From Patescibacteria group bacterium (GTDB lineage: Bacteria; Patescibacteriota; Patescibacteriia; UBA2591; UBA6264): a stretch of 54,652 nucleotides of DNA. The stretch is taken from assembly GCA_021735685.1 (NCBI GenBank), contig JAIPGN010000005.1, positions 1-54,652 on the forward strand. The letters run 5' to 3'. Of this stretch, positions 26,328-35,844 are shown piece after piece (positions within the stretch are counted from its first letter, which is position 1; each line of letters starts with the position of its first letter). A program made the position numbers and the translations under genes. The notes under the pieces were generated by a model, which saw only the letters and a program-made list of their open reading frames with translations, did no database searches and was not told the origin of the DNA.

Positions 26328-26340
26328 GGGGACAGTCCCC
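26328..26340. repeat. GGGGACAGTCCCC short palindrome
   Basis: 6-bp arms; related to the GGGGTCTGGCCCC family. Confidence 0.5.
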
Positions 26341-26546
26341 CCAAAGTAAGGCCACCAAACCCGCTTCTTAAGCAAGAAGTAGAAGCAAAAATTCAATTTG
26401 GCGAGAAAATGACCTTTTTCGCTTGAACCCAAGAAATTCAACTCAGAAAATAGAACTGAAGAAAATATAGAAGCTCAATCTCTAGAGTACAGCCCCAAAA
26501 CACAGCTGAGTGCTGGAAAATAAAACAAAAAAACAACTAATCTTAC

Positions 26547-26694
26547 TTTGGGATCTGGCCCCAACTAAAAACGTTAAAAAACTAACGGTTTTGAAAAATT
26601 GCCATGGAAACAAGCACAGAGAGCTGGTTTCCGAGAAGCAGTTTTTGGGGTCTGGCCCCAAAAAAAGTGTTAAAAAATTGACGCTTTTAGGAAA
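26547..26694 (+). repeat. Dispersed intergenic repeat, about 1.5 tandem units
   Basis: Two GGG(G/A)TCTGGCCCC ends and two (C/T)GTTAAAAAA-x-T-x-ACG heads, period about 100 nt. Confidence 0.8.
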
Positions 26695-26780
26695 ATAAAA
26701 CCAATTATTTTCTAAGAATTTACTCCTGAAGATTTTTACTTTGAAATTTACTTTTAGGGGCTCACCCTCCAAGGGTTTAA

Positions 26781-27824
26781 TTATTTTTGAAGATAAAGGG
26801 TTTGGGTGGGATAGGCCATTTCTATCTTTTCCTGAGCAAACTTATCTTTAATTGCTAAAAGAATTTTTTGATGCAAGTCTCGATAAACATTATAATCTTG
26901 AGAAAGAACATAATAAACAACTTCAAGGCTAAGAGCAGAATCATCAAAACTTACAAAATGAGCCCGATCAAAACGAGCCATTTCTTGTCTTTTAATAATT
27001 TCTTCAATAAACAAAGGAATTTTCTTCAATTGGTCCGAAGTGGTTCCGTAAACCAATCCCAAAGAAAAAGCCACTCTTCTTTCTTCCATTTTTCTGAAAT
27101 TTTGAATTCGACTAGAAGTTAATTCTCGATTAGAAATCACAATTTGCTCTCCTTGTAAGGCCATTAAACGAGTGGTCTTTAACCCAATTTTCTGCACAAT
27201 GCCAGATTGCTGACCAACCACAATATAATCACCCACTTGAAAGGGTTTGTCAAAATAAATAGAAAAAGAGCTAAAAAGGTCTCCTAAAATATTTTGTAAA
27301 GCTAAAGCAACGGCTACACCCCCAATTCCTAAACCAGCCACCAAAGAAGTAATATTTACTCCCAGATTAGACAGAACCAAAAGTAAGCCCACTATCCAAA
27401 GAACTGCTTTTAAGATTTGACCAATAAGCTGAATCGCCATTTTAGATTCCTCCTCTTTTTTTTGAGACAAAAAATATTTTTTCAGCAAACGGTCAATTAA
27501 AACCTGAAGAAGTAAAATAAGCTGAATCACCAACCAAAGCACAAAAACTGCATTAGCAATTCTCTGAACCAGAGGGGAAGTTTCTAAAAACTGAAAACCA
27601 AGATAAAGAGAAAAAAGGAAATAAGAAAACGGCTTAATGGCTTTAATTAATTTAATAACAAAATCATCAAACTTTACTCTACTTTTATCAGCAATCTTAG
27701 TTAAACGCTTTAAAAAATAAAAGCGGAAAATCCGAAAAAATAAAAAAGAGCCCAAGAAAACTAGCAAAAAGGTGCTAATAGATCTAAAAAAATTAGTTAA
27801 ACTAACCATCAAAGAATAAAACAT
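26781..27824 (-). CDS. mscS: Small-conductance mechanosensitive channel
   Basis: GLGIGGVAVALALQNILGD..DKPFQVGDYI..IGLKTT. Confidence 0.92.
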   Translation of the reverse strand: MFYSLMVSLTNFFRSISTFLLVFLGSFLFFRIFRFYFLKRLTKIADKSRVKFDDFVIKLIKAIKPFSYFLFSLYLGFQFLETSPLVQRIANAVFVLWLVIQLILLLQVLIDRLLKKYFLSQKKEEESKMAIQLIGQILKAVLWIVGLLLVLSNLGVNITSLVAGLGIGGVAVALALQNILGDLFSSFSIYFDKPFQVGDYIVVGQQSGIVQKIGLKTTRLMALQGEQIVISNRELTSSRIQNFRKMEERRVAFSLGLVYGTTSDQLKKIPLFIEEIIKRQEMARFDRAHFVSFDDSALSLEVVYYVLSQDYNVYRDLHQKILLAIKDKFAQEKIEMAYPTQTLYLQK

Positions 27825-27840
27825 AATATATAACTTTTAT

Positions 27841-28056
27841 TTAATTAATTATTTCTATAATTTTATTTTGAGAACGTCCACCTTTTTTAATTTTTACTTT
27901 AGTGCCTGGAAAATGTTGAGACAAAAGAGAAAGCATTTCTTGGTTAGCTTGATTTTGCTGAGGTTTATTTTTTAAATAAATTTCCCAAGAATCATTTTGT
28001 TTCTTTAAAATCTTCCTTTGTTTAGAGTTAGGAAAAACTTTGACTTTAACTAACAT
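27841..28056 (-). CDS. DUF167 (YggU-like) protein
   Basis: MLVKVKVFPNS..ANQEMLSLLS..IKKGGRSQNKIIEI. Start moved to 28056. Confidence 0.7.
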   Translation of the reverse strand: MLVKVKVFPNSKQRKILKKQNDSWEIYLKNKPQQNQANQEMLSLLSQHFPGTKVKIKKGGRSQNKIIEIIN

Positions 28057-28070
28057 AAAAAATTTTAAAA

Positions 28071-28099
28071 TTGACAAATTAAAATTATTTTGCTTTAAT
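28071..28099 (+). promoter_or_regulatory. sigma70-type promoter
   Basis: TTGACA, 17 nt, TGn-TTTAAT. Confidence 0.55.
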
Positions 28100-28123
28100 A
28101 AAAGAATCAGAAAGGAGGACAAA

Positions 28124-28333
28124 ATGGAGAAAAAAACAAAGCTCTTTTTTTTATTGTCAGATCCAGACGCTTCCAACGTCTGGAAGCTGAACAGTAAATT
28201 AAAAGAAAAGGGAATTTTCTTCAAGCATGGCAAGTACGCAAACATGCATGCTTGGATTTTCTCATCGCAAGCCGACCTGGAGTTGGCTCGCGAAATTATT
28301 AAAGAATTTTTTCCGGCTGCCCAAGAATCTTAA
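28124..28333 (+). CDS. Orphan hypothetical protein
   Basis: AAGGAGG SD before MEKKTK; own promoter and terminator. Confidence 0.65.
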   Translation: MEKKTKLFFLLSDPDASNVWKLNSKLKEKGIFFKHGKYANMHAWIFSSQADLELAREIIKEFFPAAQES

Positions 28334-28355
28334 GGGCAGTAACTCTATGCGATAC

Positions 28356-28383
28356 GAGCAGGGAAATCCCTGCTCTTTTTTTT
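28356..28383 (+). terminator. Intrinsic terminator
   Basis: GAGCAGGG-AAAT-CCCTGCTC followed by a T run. Confidence 0.8.
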
Positions 28384-28993
28384 AAAGACTTTTTCTATTT
28401 TGAAGAGCAGCAGCTAAAGTTAAATCATCGGCATATTCTATTTCTGCACCTAAAGGCAAGCCTCGTGCCATCTGACTTAATTTTATTCTTTTTTTTAAAG
28501 AAAAATCTTTATTAATTAAATTAGTAAGATAAAGAGCCATACCCTCACCCTTAACATTAAGATCAAAGCCAAAAATTAACTCTTTAATTCTTTGATCTTC
28601 TTTTAAACGACCAATTAAGCCCTGACTGATATTTTCGATAAAATTATTGCTTTCTGTGCCTTGAGAAGCTTTGGTTAAAAGATAATAAAGGCCCTGATAT
28701 TGACCAGATTTTTCTAAAGCCATTAAATCCTGAGGTCGAGCTACCAACAAAAGTAAAGAAGGGTCTCGTCGTGGGTCCCTACAAAGAGGGCAAGGATCTT
28801 GATCAGAAAAGTTACGGCAAAGAGAACAAGATTTTATTTTTTCTAAATCTTTAATCGCTTTAGCTAAATTAACTCGCTTCTCTTTTTCCACTCTCAAAAG
28901 ATAAAAAACAAAACGCTGGGCAGCTTTAGGGCCAATCCCAGGAAAATGACTAAAAAAATCAATTAATTTCTGAATTTCAGAAGGATAGATCAT
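28382..28993 (-). CDS. recR: Recombination protein RecR
   Basis: PGIGPKAAQR HhH, CxxC..CxxC zinc finger, Toprim-like region, GLPLGAEIEYAD. Confidence 0.93.
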   Translation of the reverse strand: MIYPSEIQKLIDFFSHFPGIGPKAAQRFVFYLLRVEKEKRVNLAKAIKDLEKIKSCSLCRNFSDQDPCPLCRDPRRDPSLLLLVARPQDLMALEKSGQYQGLYYLLTKASQGTESNNFIENISQGLIGRLKEDQRIKELIFGFDLNVKGEGMALYLTNLINKDFSLKKRIKLSQMARGLPLGAEIEYADDLTLAAALQNRKSL

Positions 28994-29005
28994 ATAAAAA
29001 ATAAA

Positions 29006-30403
29006 CTAAAAAGGATCTTCTTCGGCCATAGACTCTTTGTGCTCTTTGTCTAAATTTTTGAAACTAGCGGTAGTGCTGTCAAAAAATAAAGGCACCATTA
29101 CTCCAGCTGGCCCATGACGATGTTTAGATATATGAACTTCGGCTATATTCTTTTCTTCTTCTGGACAATTCTTAATACCCTTGTCCATAAATTTACGATA
29201 GATAAACATTACCACATCGCTATCTTGTTCTAAGCTCCCACTTTCTCTTAGGTCAGACAAACGAGGAATAGCTGGGGTGCGAGCTTCAGGCGCACGAGAA
29301 AGCTGAGACAAAGCTAAAACTGGAATATTCAAATCCCGAGCAATGGCCTTTAGGGCCCGAGAAATTTCCGAAACTTCCTGAACTCTGCCATCACGAGACC
29401 TCTCTCCTTCCATTAATTGTAAATAATCGACTACTAATAATTCGATTTTATGCTCAAATTGCAATCGACGAGCCTTGGCTCTAATTTCAGCAACACTAAG
29501 GGTAGCCGAATCATCAATAAAAATAGAAGCCTCTGCCAAGCGACCAATGGCCTGGCCTAATTTCTTAAAATCTCCATCTCCTTTTTTCTTAGAAAGATTA
29601 CCGGTACGCAATTGCCAAAGATTAACTCCTGATTCTGCGCAAATTATCCGATCACTAACCTGTTCTTTAGACATTTCTAAGCTAAAAATTCCAACAGCGG
29701 CCTTGTGTGTTAAAGCAGCATGGCGAGCAATGTCTAAAGCCAAACTACTTTTACCAATAGAAGGACGAGCTGCCAAGATAATTAATTCTGATTTTTGTAA
29801 ACCAGCTAAAACATTATCTAAATCCGTGAAACCGGTAGAAATGCCTCGCACCGAACGATCGCCTCTTTGGAGCTCATCCAATCTTTCAAAAGAACTAGCT
29901 AAAGTATCTTTAAGGGAGGTAAAATTTTGTTTAGCAAAATTCTGAGAAATATTAAACAATTTTTGCTCGGCTTTATCTAAAATTTTTAAAGCATCCATTT
30001 CTTCTTCATAAGCCATTCTTACTATTTCCGTTGAAGCCTCAATAGATCGACGGAGAATAGATTTTTTTTGAACAATCTGAGCATAAGAAGCAATATGACT
30101 AGCCGTAGGCACACTATTGGCTAAAGAAGCTAAATAGCTACGACCACCAATTAAGTCTAAACTCTTTTTCTCTTGTAAGCGATTGGCTACGCTCAAAATA
30201 TCAATCGGCTCCCTTTGTTCCCAAATCTCTAAGATGGCATCATAAATTTTTTGATGAATTTCTCGATAAAAATCCTTAGCTACAATAAGATCAGCCACCC
30301 GCACAATCGCTTCTTGGTCAATCAAAAGTGAGCCCAAGAGAGCTTGCTCTGCTTCTATATTCTGTGGAGGAAGTTTTTCTATAATTTTTTCGGCATTAGC
30401 CAT
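29006..30403 (-). CDS. dnaB: Replicative DNA helicase DnaB
   Basis: PPQNIEAEQ, AARPSIGKS, VDYLQLM, LSQLSR, DLRESGSLEQD. Confidence 0.97.
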   Translation of the reverse strand: MANAEKIIEKLPPQNIEAEQALLGSLLIDQEAIVRVADLIVAKDFYREIHQKIYDAILEIWEQREPIDILSVANRLQEKKSLDLIGGRSYLASLANSVPTASHIASYAQIVQKKSILRRSIEASTEIVRMAYEEEMDALKILDKAEQKLFNISQNFAKQNFTSLKDTLASSFERLDELQRGDRSVRGISTGFTDLDNVLAGLQKSELIILAARPSIGKSSLALDIARHAALTHKAAVGIFSLEMSKEQVSDRIICAESGVNLWQLRTGNLSKKKGDGDFKKLGQAIGRLAEASIFIDDSATLSVAEIRAKARRLQFEHKIELLVVDYLQLMEGERSRDGRVQEVSEISRALKAIARDLNIPVLALSQLSRAPEARTPAIPRLSDLRESGSLEQDSDVVMFIYRKFMDKGIKNCPEEEKNIAEVHISKHRHGPAGVMVPLFFDSTTASFKNLDKEHKESMAEEDPF

Positions 30404-30617
30404 AAATTATATTTTACAATTTATTATTTTTGTTGTATAATTTCATTATATAAATAATTTCATTTTTATTCAAGCAATTGAAATTCTTTTTTTACACACT
30501 TTATTAACATTGATTCTATAATGTTGATTCTCAGAACCTTCCGTTATTCCACTCTTCCAGAGCCTTGAACCCTGCCTACCAAAATAGGCAGACTCTATAA
30601 AACCTTGAATTAAAAAT

Positions 30618-30845
30618 ATGCTCACAAAAAATGTGCATGGCTACACAGTTCATTATAAGAGAAAAGCCCGCAAAGGGGTTGATCACTTAGCCTACGTCTT
30701 AACTTATGACGAGGCCAATTCTCTCTTTCAATCAGCTCTCAACACAATGGAAAAAGTCAAATTTGAAGATCGAGTTGGACGAAATTTTACTCTAAGAAGA
30801 ATCGGAATCGCTAAATTTTCTTTGAAGAAAAGGAAAGGATGGTAA
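30618..30845 (+). CDS. Hypothetical small basic protein
   Basis: 75-aa ORF in an otherwise empty interval before tRNA-Lys. Confidence 0.6.
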   Translation: MLTKNVHGYTVHYKRKARKGVDHLAYVLTYDEANSLFQSALNTMEKVKFEDRVGRNFTLRRIGIAKFSLKKRKGW

Positions 30846-30872
30846 GTAATAAAAAAATAAATATCTCAATAA

Positions 30873-30943
30873 GCCCCCTTAGCTCAATGGCAGAGCAGCT
30901 GCCTTTTAAGCAGTTGATGTAGGTTCGATTCCTACAGGGGGTA
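30873..30943 (+). tRNA. tRNA-Lys (UUU)
   Basis: GCCCCCT/AGGGGGT acceptor, GCTGC-CT TTT AA-GCAGT; CCA not encoded. Confidence 0.92.
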
Positions 30944-30978
30944 TCTTTTTATATCTATTTCAAAATTAAAAAGTAAAC

Positions 30979-33570
30979 ATGGAAAACCTTTGGCACCATT
31001 TAAGCGGAGACCAAATTGAAAAAAGGCTGCAAACTTCTAAAAATGGGATCACGGAAAAAGAAGCTCAGAAAAGATTAAAAAAATACGGCCCAAATCAATT
31101 ACCAGCCAAGAAAAAACTTCCTGCTTTTAAATTATTTATTAATCAATTTAAAAGCCCTTTAGTTTATATTCTCTTAGGAGCCAGCATTATTTCCTGTTTA
31201 TTAAAAGAATTAAATGACGCCCTGATCATTGCTTTAGCCCTGCTAATCAATGCTCTGGTTGGCTTTATTCAAGAATCTAAGGCGGAAAAAACCTTTCTCC
31301 GTCTTAAATCTTTAGTCCATCATTCAGCTAAAGTAATTCGACAAGGAAAAACCAAAATTATCCCCAGTAGTCAACTAGTGCCTGGGGATATTATTATTTT
31401 AGGGGCTGGTGACTTAGTGCCAGCTGATGCTCGTCTACAAAAAAATTACGATCTCCAATCTCAAGAAGCTGCCTTAACCGGTGAGTCTGAAGCCTCTCGA
31501 AAAAAAAATGAAATTTTGCCAGCCAATACTAATTTAGCTGACCGAGAAAATATGGTCTACTTTGGAACCAACATCACCCAAGGCAAAGGACAAGCTATAG
31601 TAGTTAGCACTGGCCTTGAAACTAAATTGGGGCAAATCGCTCAATTAATCAAGGAAACAAAAGAAAGAAGCACGCCTTTGCAGAAAAAAATAACATCTCT
31701 AGCTCAAACTATTACTTTTATTTTAGGGGGATTGTGTTTGCTTTTATTTTCCTTAGGTTTAATTCGTGGCTATTCCTTAACTGAAATGATCTTAACCTCT
31801 GTGGCTGTAGCTGTGGCCGGAATCCCCGAAGGTCTTGCTATTGCGGTCACCGTTTGTTTGGCTATTGGAATGCAAAGCGTTCTTCGTAAAAAAGCCTTAG
31901 TGAAAAAATTAGTTGCCGCAGAAACTTTAGGTTCGGTGGATATTATTGCTGTTGATAAAACCGGTACCATTACCAAGGGCATTATGAGCGTAGATCAAAT
32001 TCATCCAGGAACGCAAAAAAACGCCAAAGATTTGATGAGAGTCGGCCTACTTTGCAATAACGCCATTATTAAAAATCTAGAAAAAAAAGAAATGCAGGGC
32101 GATACTACGGAAACAGCCCTTTTGAAAGCAGCTCTGGAATTTGGTTTAAAAAAAGAAAAAATCGAAAAAATTTATCCTCGCCTCGACGAAATACCTTTTG
32201 ACTCTCAAAATATGTATATGGCCACCCTTCACGCTCAACCAGAAAACAAAGGGCAAATTATTTTAGTCAAAGGGGCGCCAGAAAAAATCTTAGAATTTTG
32301 TAACCTGGAAAAGAAAAAAGAGAAAGAAATCAGGAAAGAGTTCGAACAATTAACCAAAAAAGGTTTAAGAGTCTTAGCTTTTGCCCAACAAAAAACCAGG
32401 GCAAAGGAAATCAAAAAAGAGCTTTTAGCTGACTTAGATTTTGTGGGGTTTATTGCCCTTAAAGACCCCTTGCGTCCCGCCATCAAAGAAACAATTAAAA
32501 ATTGCCAAGCAGCTGGCATTCGCCCTTTGTTAATCACGGGAGATCATAAATTAACCGCTGCTAACATTGCTCAAGAAATAGGATTATCAAAGAACTTCCA
32601 CCCCAAGATATTAGACGGAGAAGAGTTGGATCAAATCTCTGATCAAAAACTGGCAAAATTATTAAAATCTGAAGCAAATAATATCTTTGCTCGAGTAGAA
32701 CCTCGTCACAAAATAAGAATAGTTAAAATTCTTCAAAGCCAAGATCATGTTATTGCTATGACCGGTGATGGAATTAACGATGCTCCCGCCATTAAAGCCG
32801 CAGATATTGGCATTGCCCTGGGTTCTGGATCAGAGGTCACTAAAGAAACAGCAGATATCATTCTCTTAGATGACAATCTACAAACAATTATAGAGACGGT
32901 TAAAACTGGACGTAACATTTTCAGTAATATTCAAAGGGTTATTCTTTATCTTTTAAGTGGTGGGTTCTCTGAATTTATTTTAATTGGTGGAGCAATTTTC
33001 TTAGGCTTACCCTTGCCGGTTTTAGCCGCTCAAATTCTTTGGATTAACATCGTAGAAGACACTTTACCAGCTATGGCTCTTTCTTATGAAAAAGAAAAAA
33101 AAGGGGCTTTGGAGAAAAAAAATCTAAAAAAGAAAAGCAAAATTTTAGACAAAAAAATGAAACTCTTGATTACTTTAATTGCCTTAAGTACTGATTTCAT
33201 TTTATTAGCTTTATTTATTCACCTTTATAAAATTAATTGGGGCATTGAACATTTACGAACCCTCTTTTTTGCGGCCTTGGCTTTAGATGGCCTCTTCTTT
33301 GTTTTTTCCTGCAAAGATCTAAAAAAACCAATCTGGCGCTACAAGCTTTTCGACAACCTTCTTCTTAACCTAAGCGTGGTTATAGGCATTCTCTTGGTTT
33401 TAGGAGCAATTTATACCCCCTTCCTTCAAAATATACTGTCTCTTCATCCCTTAAATTTCTGGGATTGGATTATCTTAATAGCTATTGTTCTTTTTAATGT
33501 TCTTGTGATCGAACTAGGGAAAATAATTTTACTTAACAAGGAATCTCTCCAAATCAAAAAAACGAAATGA
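30979..33570 (+). CDS. Cation-transporting P-type ATPase (Ca2+-type, P-II)
   Basis: TGES, IPEGL, DKTGT, KGAPE, DPLRP, TGDH, TGDGINDAPA. Confidence 0.95.
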   Translation: MENLWHHLSGDQIEKRLQTSKNGITEKEAQKRLKKYGPNQLPAKKKLPAFKLFINQFKSPLVYILLGASIISCLLKELNDALIIALALLINALVGFIQESKAEKTFLRLKSLVHHSAKVIRQGKTKIIPSSQLVPGDIIILGAGDLVPADARLQKNYDLQSQEAALTGESEASRKKNEILPANTNLADRENMVYFGTNITQGKGQAIVVSTGLETKLGQIAQLIKETKERSTPLQKKITSLAQTITFILGGLCLLLFSLGLIRGYSLTEMILTSVAVAVAGIPEGLAIAVTVCLAIGMQSVLRKKALVKKLVAAETLGSVDIIAVDKTGTITKGIMSVDQIHPGTQKNAKDLMRVGLLCNNAIIKNLEKKEMQGDTTETALLKAALEFGLKKEKIEKIYPRLDEIPFDSQNMYMATLHAQPENKGQIILVKGAPEKILEFCNLEKKKEKEIRKEFEQLTKKGLRVLAFAQQKTRAKEIKKELLADLDFVGFIALKDPLRPAIKETIKNCQAAGIRPLLITGDHKLTAANIAQEIGLSKNFHPKILDGEELDQISDQKLAKLLKSEANNIFARVEPRHKIRIVKILQSQDHVIAMTGDGINDAPAIKAADIGIALGSGSEVTKETADIILLDDNLQTIIETVKTGRNIFSNIQRVILYLLSGGFSEFILIGGAIFLGLPLPVLAAQILWINIVEDTLPAMALSYEKEKKGALEKKNLKKKSKILDKKMKLLITLIALSTDFILLALFIHLYKINWGIEHLRTLFFAALALDGLFFVFSCKDLKKPIWRYKLFDNLLLNLSVVIGILLVLGAIYTPFLQNILSLHPLNFWDWIILIAIVLFNVLVIELGKIILLNKESLQIKKTK

Positions 33571-34502
33571 TTATCCATTTACTAACCATTGTCCTGGCCT
33601 CAATCTCCTTGGTTAAGGCCGCTCAATGGACAATTAATGCTTTGGTTTATTTAGCTCGCCGGCTAAGATTATCTAAATTTGTGATCGCCTTTGTGCTGGC
33701 CAGCTTTGCTAGCTCTTTGCCAGAATTTTTCGTGGGCATCTCAGCCGCCCTTGACCAAAAATCAATTCTTTCTCTCTCTAATGTTTTTGGTTCTAATATA
33801 GCTAACATCACTCTTGTTTTGGGACTTAGCGTTCTTTTGGTCAAAGGTCTTAAAATTAAAACCAAAACTATTCAAAGAAACATTATTTATACTCTTTTGC
33901 TTCTTTTCTACTCTGTTCTTCTGTGCTTAGATGGAGTCCTGTCACGCTTAGACGGAGTTGCTTTATTAATCAGCTTTACTTTATACAACATCATCTTAAT
34001 TTACCAGAATAAAGACCGCCGCCAAATTATTGAAAAAGCTAAAAAAGGAGAAACTTTTTATCAAATTTTAAAATTCATTCTAAGTATCTCCCTTCTTCTT
34101 CTAAGCTCAAAAATTATTGTGGAAACTTCCCAAAAACTAGCAGAAACAATTAATATCCCCCTTTTTATTGTTGGTCTCTTAGTAATAGCTGTCGGAACTT
34201 CTTTGCCAGAATTAATATTTGGCCTCCAGGCAATTCGAGGAAAGCACAAAGATATGATTTTAGGATCTCTTCTCGGCTCAACTATTGTTAATTCTACGGC
34301 AGTCATAGGCTTAACCGCCATTATTTACCCTATTACCATTCAAGAAAATAACCTCTTTCTAATAAGTGTTGCTTTTATGTTAGGCACTTATATTCTCTTC
34401 GCTGTTTTCTCTCGCTCTCATGAAAAGATTTCTTGGGGAGAGGCACTAATTCTAGTTTTTTCTTATGTGACTTTTATTATTGTCCAATTTTTGATAAAAT
34501 AA
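33567..34502 (+). CDS. Ca2+/Na+ antiporter (CaCA, YrbG-like)
   Basis: Two alpha repeats SSLPE..GSNIAN and GTSLPE..GSTIVN. Confidence 0.9.
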   Translation: MIIHLLTIVLASISLVKAAQWTINALVYLARRLRLSKFVIAFVLASFASSLPEFFVGISAALDQKSILSLSNVFGSNIANITLVLGLSVLLVKGLKIKTKTIQRNIIYTLLLLFYSVLLCLDGVLSRLDGVALLISFTLYNIILIYQNKDRRQIIEKAKKGETFYQILKFILSISLLLLSSKIIVETSQKLAETINIPLFIVGLLVIAVGTSLPELIFGLQAIRGKHKDMILGSLLGSTIVNSTAVIGLTAIIYPITIQENNLFLISVAFMLGTYILFAVFSRSHEKISWGEALILVFSYVTFIIVQFLIK

Positions 34503-34540
34503 AAAAAATAAAAAAAGAATATCTAAAATAAATTATCTTT

Positions 34541-35842
34541 ATGGCTTCTCTTACTTTAATCAAAAAAATTCAAAAAGAAACAGTCGGACAAACCGTAACC
34601 CTGCGAGGCTGGGCGCATAATATTAGATCCTCGGGATCAATTATTTTTATAGAAATCAGAGATGGAAGTGGTTTTATTCAGGGAATAATAGAAAAAAAAC
34701 AATTAGGAAAAAAAGGATGGGCCGAAGCGGAAAAAATTACCAGAGAAACTTCTTTAGAAATAGAAGGCTTGATTCAAGAGCACCCTCGTCAAAAAGGCGT
34801 TTTTGAAGCACAAATTAAAAAAATCTCCCTGAAGCAAGTGGCTGATGAATACCCTATTGGCAAAAAAAACCATGGGCCTGATTTTTTATTAGATCATCGC
34901 CACCTTTGGCTGAGAGATCAAAAACAGTGGGCTATTCAAAGTATTCGTCAAGAAATCATTAAAAGCACCTATCAATTTCTTTGGCAAAATGATTTTACAA
35001 AAATTGACTCACCAATTTTGACTCCTACGGCTTGCGAAGGGACAACCACTCTTTTCGAATTAGAATATTTTAATTTAGGAAAAGCTTATCTTTCTCAATC
35101 CGGACAACTTTATCTAGAAGCCGCTATCGCCGCCCATAATAAAGTTTTTGACTTTGGGCCCACTTTCCGTGCTGAAAAATCCAAAACCCGCAAACATTTA
35201 ATTGAATTTTGGATGATGGATGCTGAAATGGCTTTTGTGGAACACCAAGAAAGCATGAATATTCAAGAAAAATTAATCTCTTTTATCGTCCAAAGAGTTT
35301 TAAAAAATAAAGGGCCCGAACTCGACTTACTTGCCCGAAATAAAGAAAAATTAGAAAAAACAAAACCTCCTTTCTCGCGCTTAACCTATCAAGAGGCTAT
35401 TCAAAAATTACAAAAAATGGGCTCAAAAATTAAATTCGGAGACGACTTTGGAGCTGAAGACGAAACCTTAATTACCGCTGATAGCGAAATTCCTGTTTTT
35501 ATAGAAAAATGGCCAGAAAAAATTAAAGCTTTCTATATGAAGTCCGATCCCCAAAACAATAAACTGGTCTTAGGAGCAGATTTAATTGCTCCCGAAGGAT
35601 ATGGAGAAATTATCGGCGGCTCTCAACGAGAAGATGATTATCAAATTTTGAAAAAAAAGATGAAAGCAGCCAAAATTCCCTTACAATATTTCCAGTGGTA
35701 CCTAGACTTAAGAAAGTATGGGTCGGCTCCTCATTCTGGCTTTGGTTACGGTCTCGAGAGAATAGTGGCTTGGATTTGCGGCTGTCAACATATTCGCGAA
35801 ACCATCCCCTTTCCCCGATTAATTAATCGCTTAACTCCTTAA
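34541..35842 (+). CDS. asnS: Asparagine--tRNA ligase
   Basis: CEGTTTLF, YLSQSGQLY, FRAEKS..HLIEFWM, GEIIGGSQRE, GFGYGLER. Confidence 0.95.
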   Translation: MASLTLIKKIQKETVGQTVTLRGWAHNIRSSGSIIFIEIRDGSGFIQGIIEKKQLGKKGWAEAEKITRETSLEIEGLIQEHPRQKGVFEAQIKKISLKQVADEYPIGKKNHGPDFLLDHRHLWLRDQKQWAIQSIRQEIIKSTYQFLWQNDFTKIDSPILTPTACEGTTTLFELEYFNLGKAYLSQSGQLYLEAAIAAHNKVFDFGPTFRAEKSKTRKHLIEFWMMDAEMAFVEHQESMNIQEKLISFIVQRVLKNKGPELDLLARNKEKLEKTKPPFSRLTYQEAIQKLQKMGSKIKFGDDFGAEDETLITADSEIPVFIEKWPEKIKAFYMKSDPQNNKLVLGADLIAPEGYGEIIGGSQREDDYQILKKKMKAAKIPLQYFQWYLDLRKYGSAPHSGFGYGLERIVAWICGCQHIRETIPFPRLINRLTP

Positions 35843-35844
35843 AA

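Noticed and set aside
26482-26772. ORFs 26482-26772, 26510-26698, 52309-52605 and 54464-54646
   Set aside because: They run through non-coding repeat or hairpin elements; the peptide repeats simply mirror the DNA repeats.
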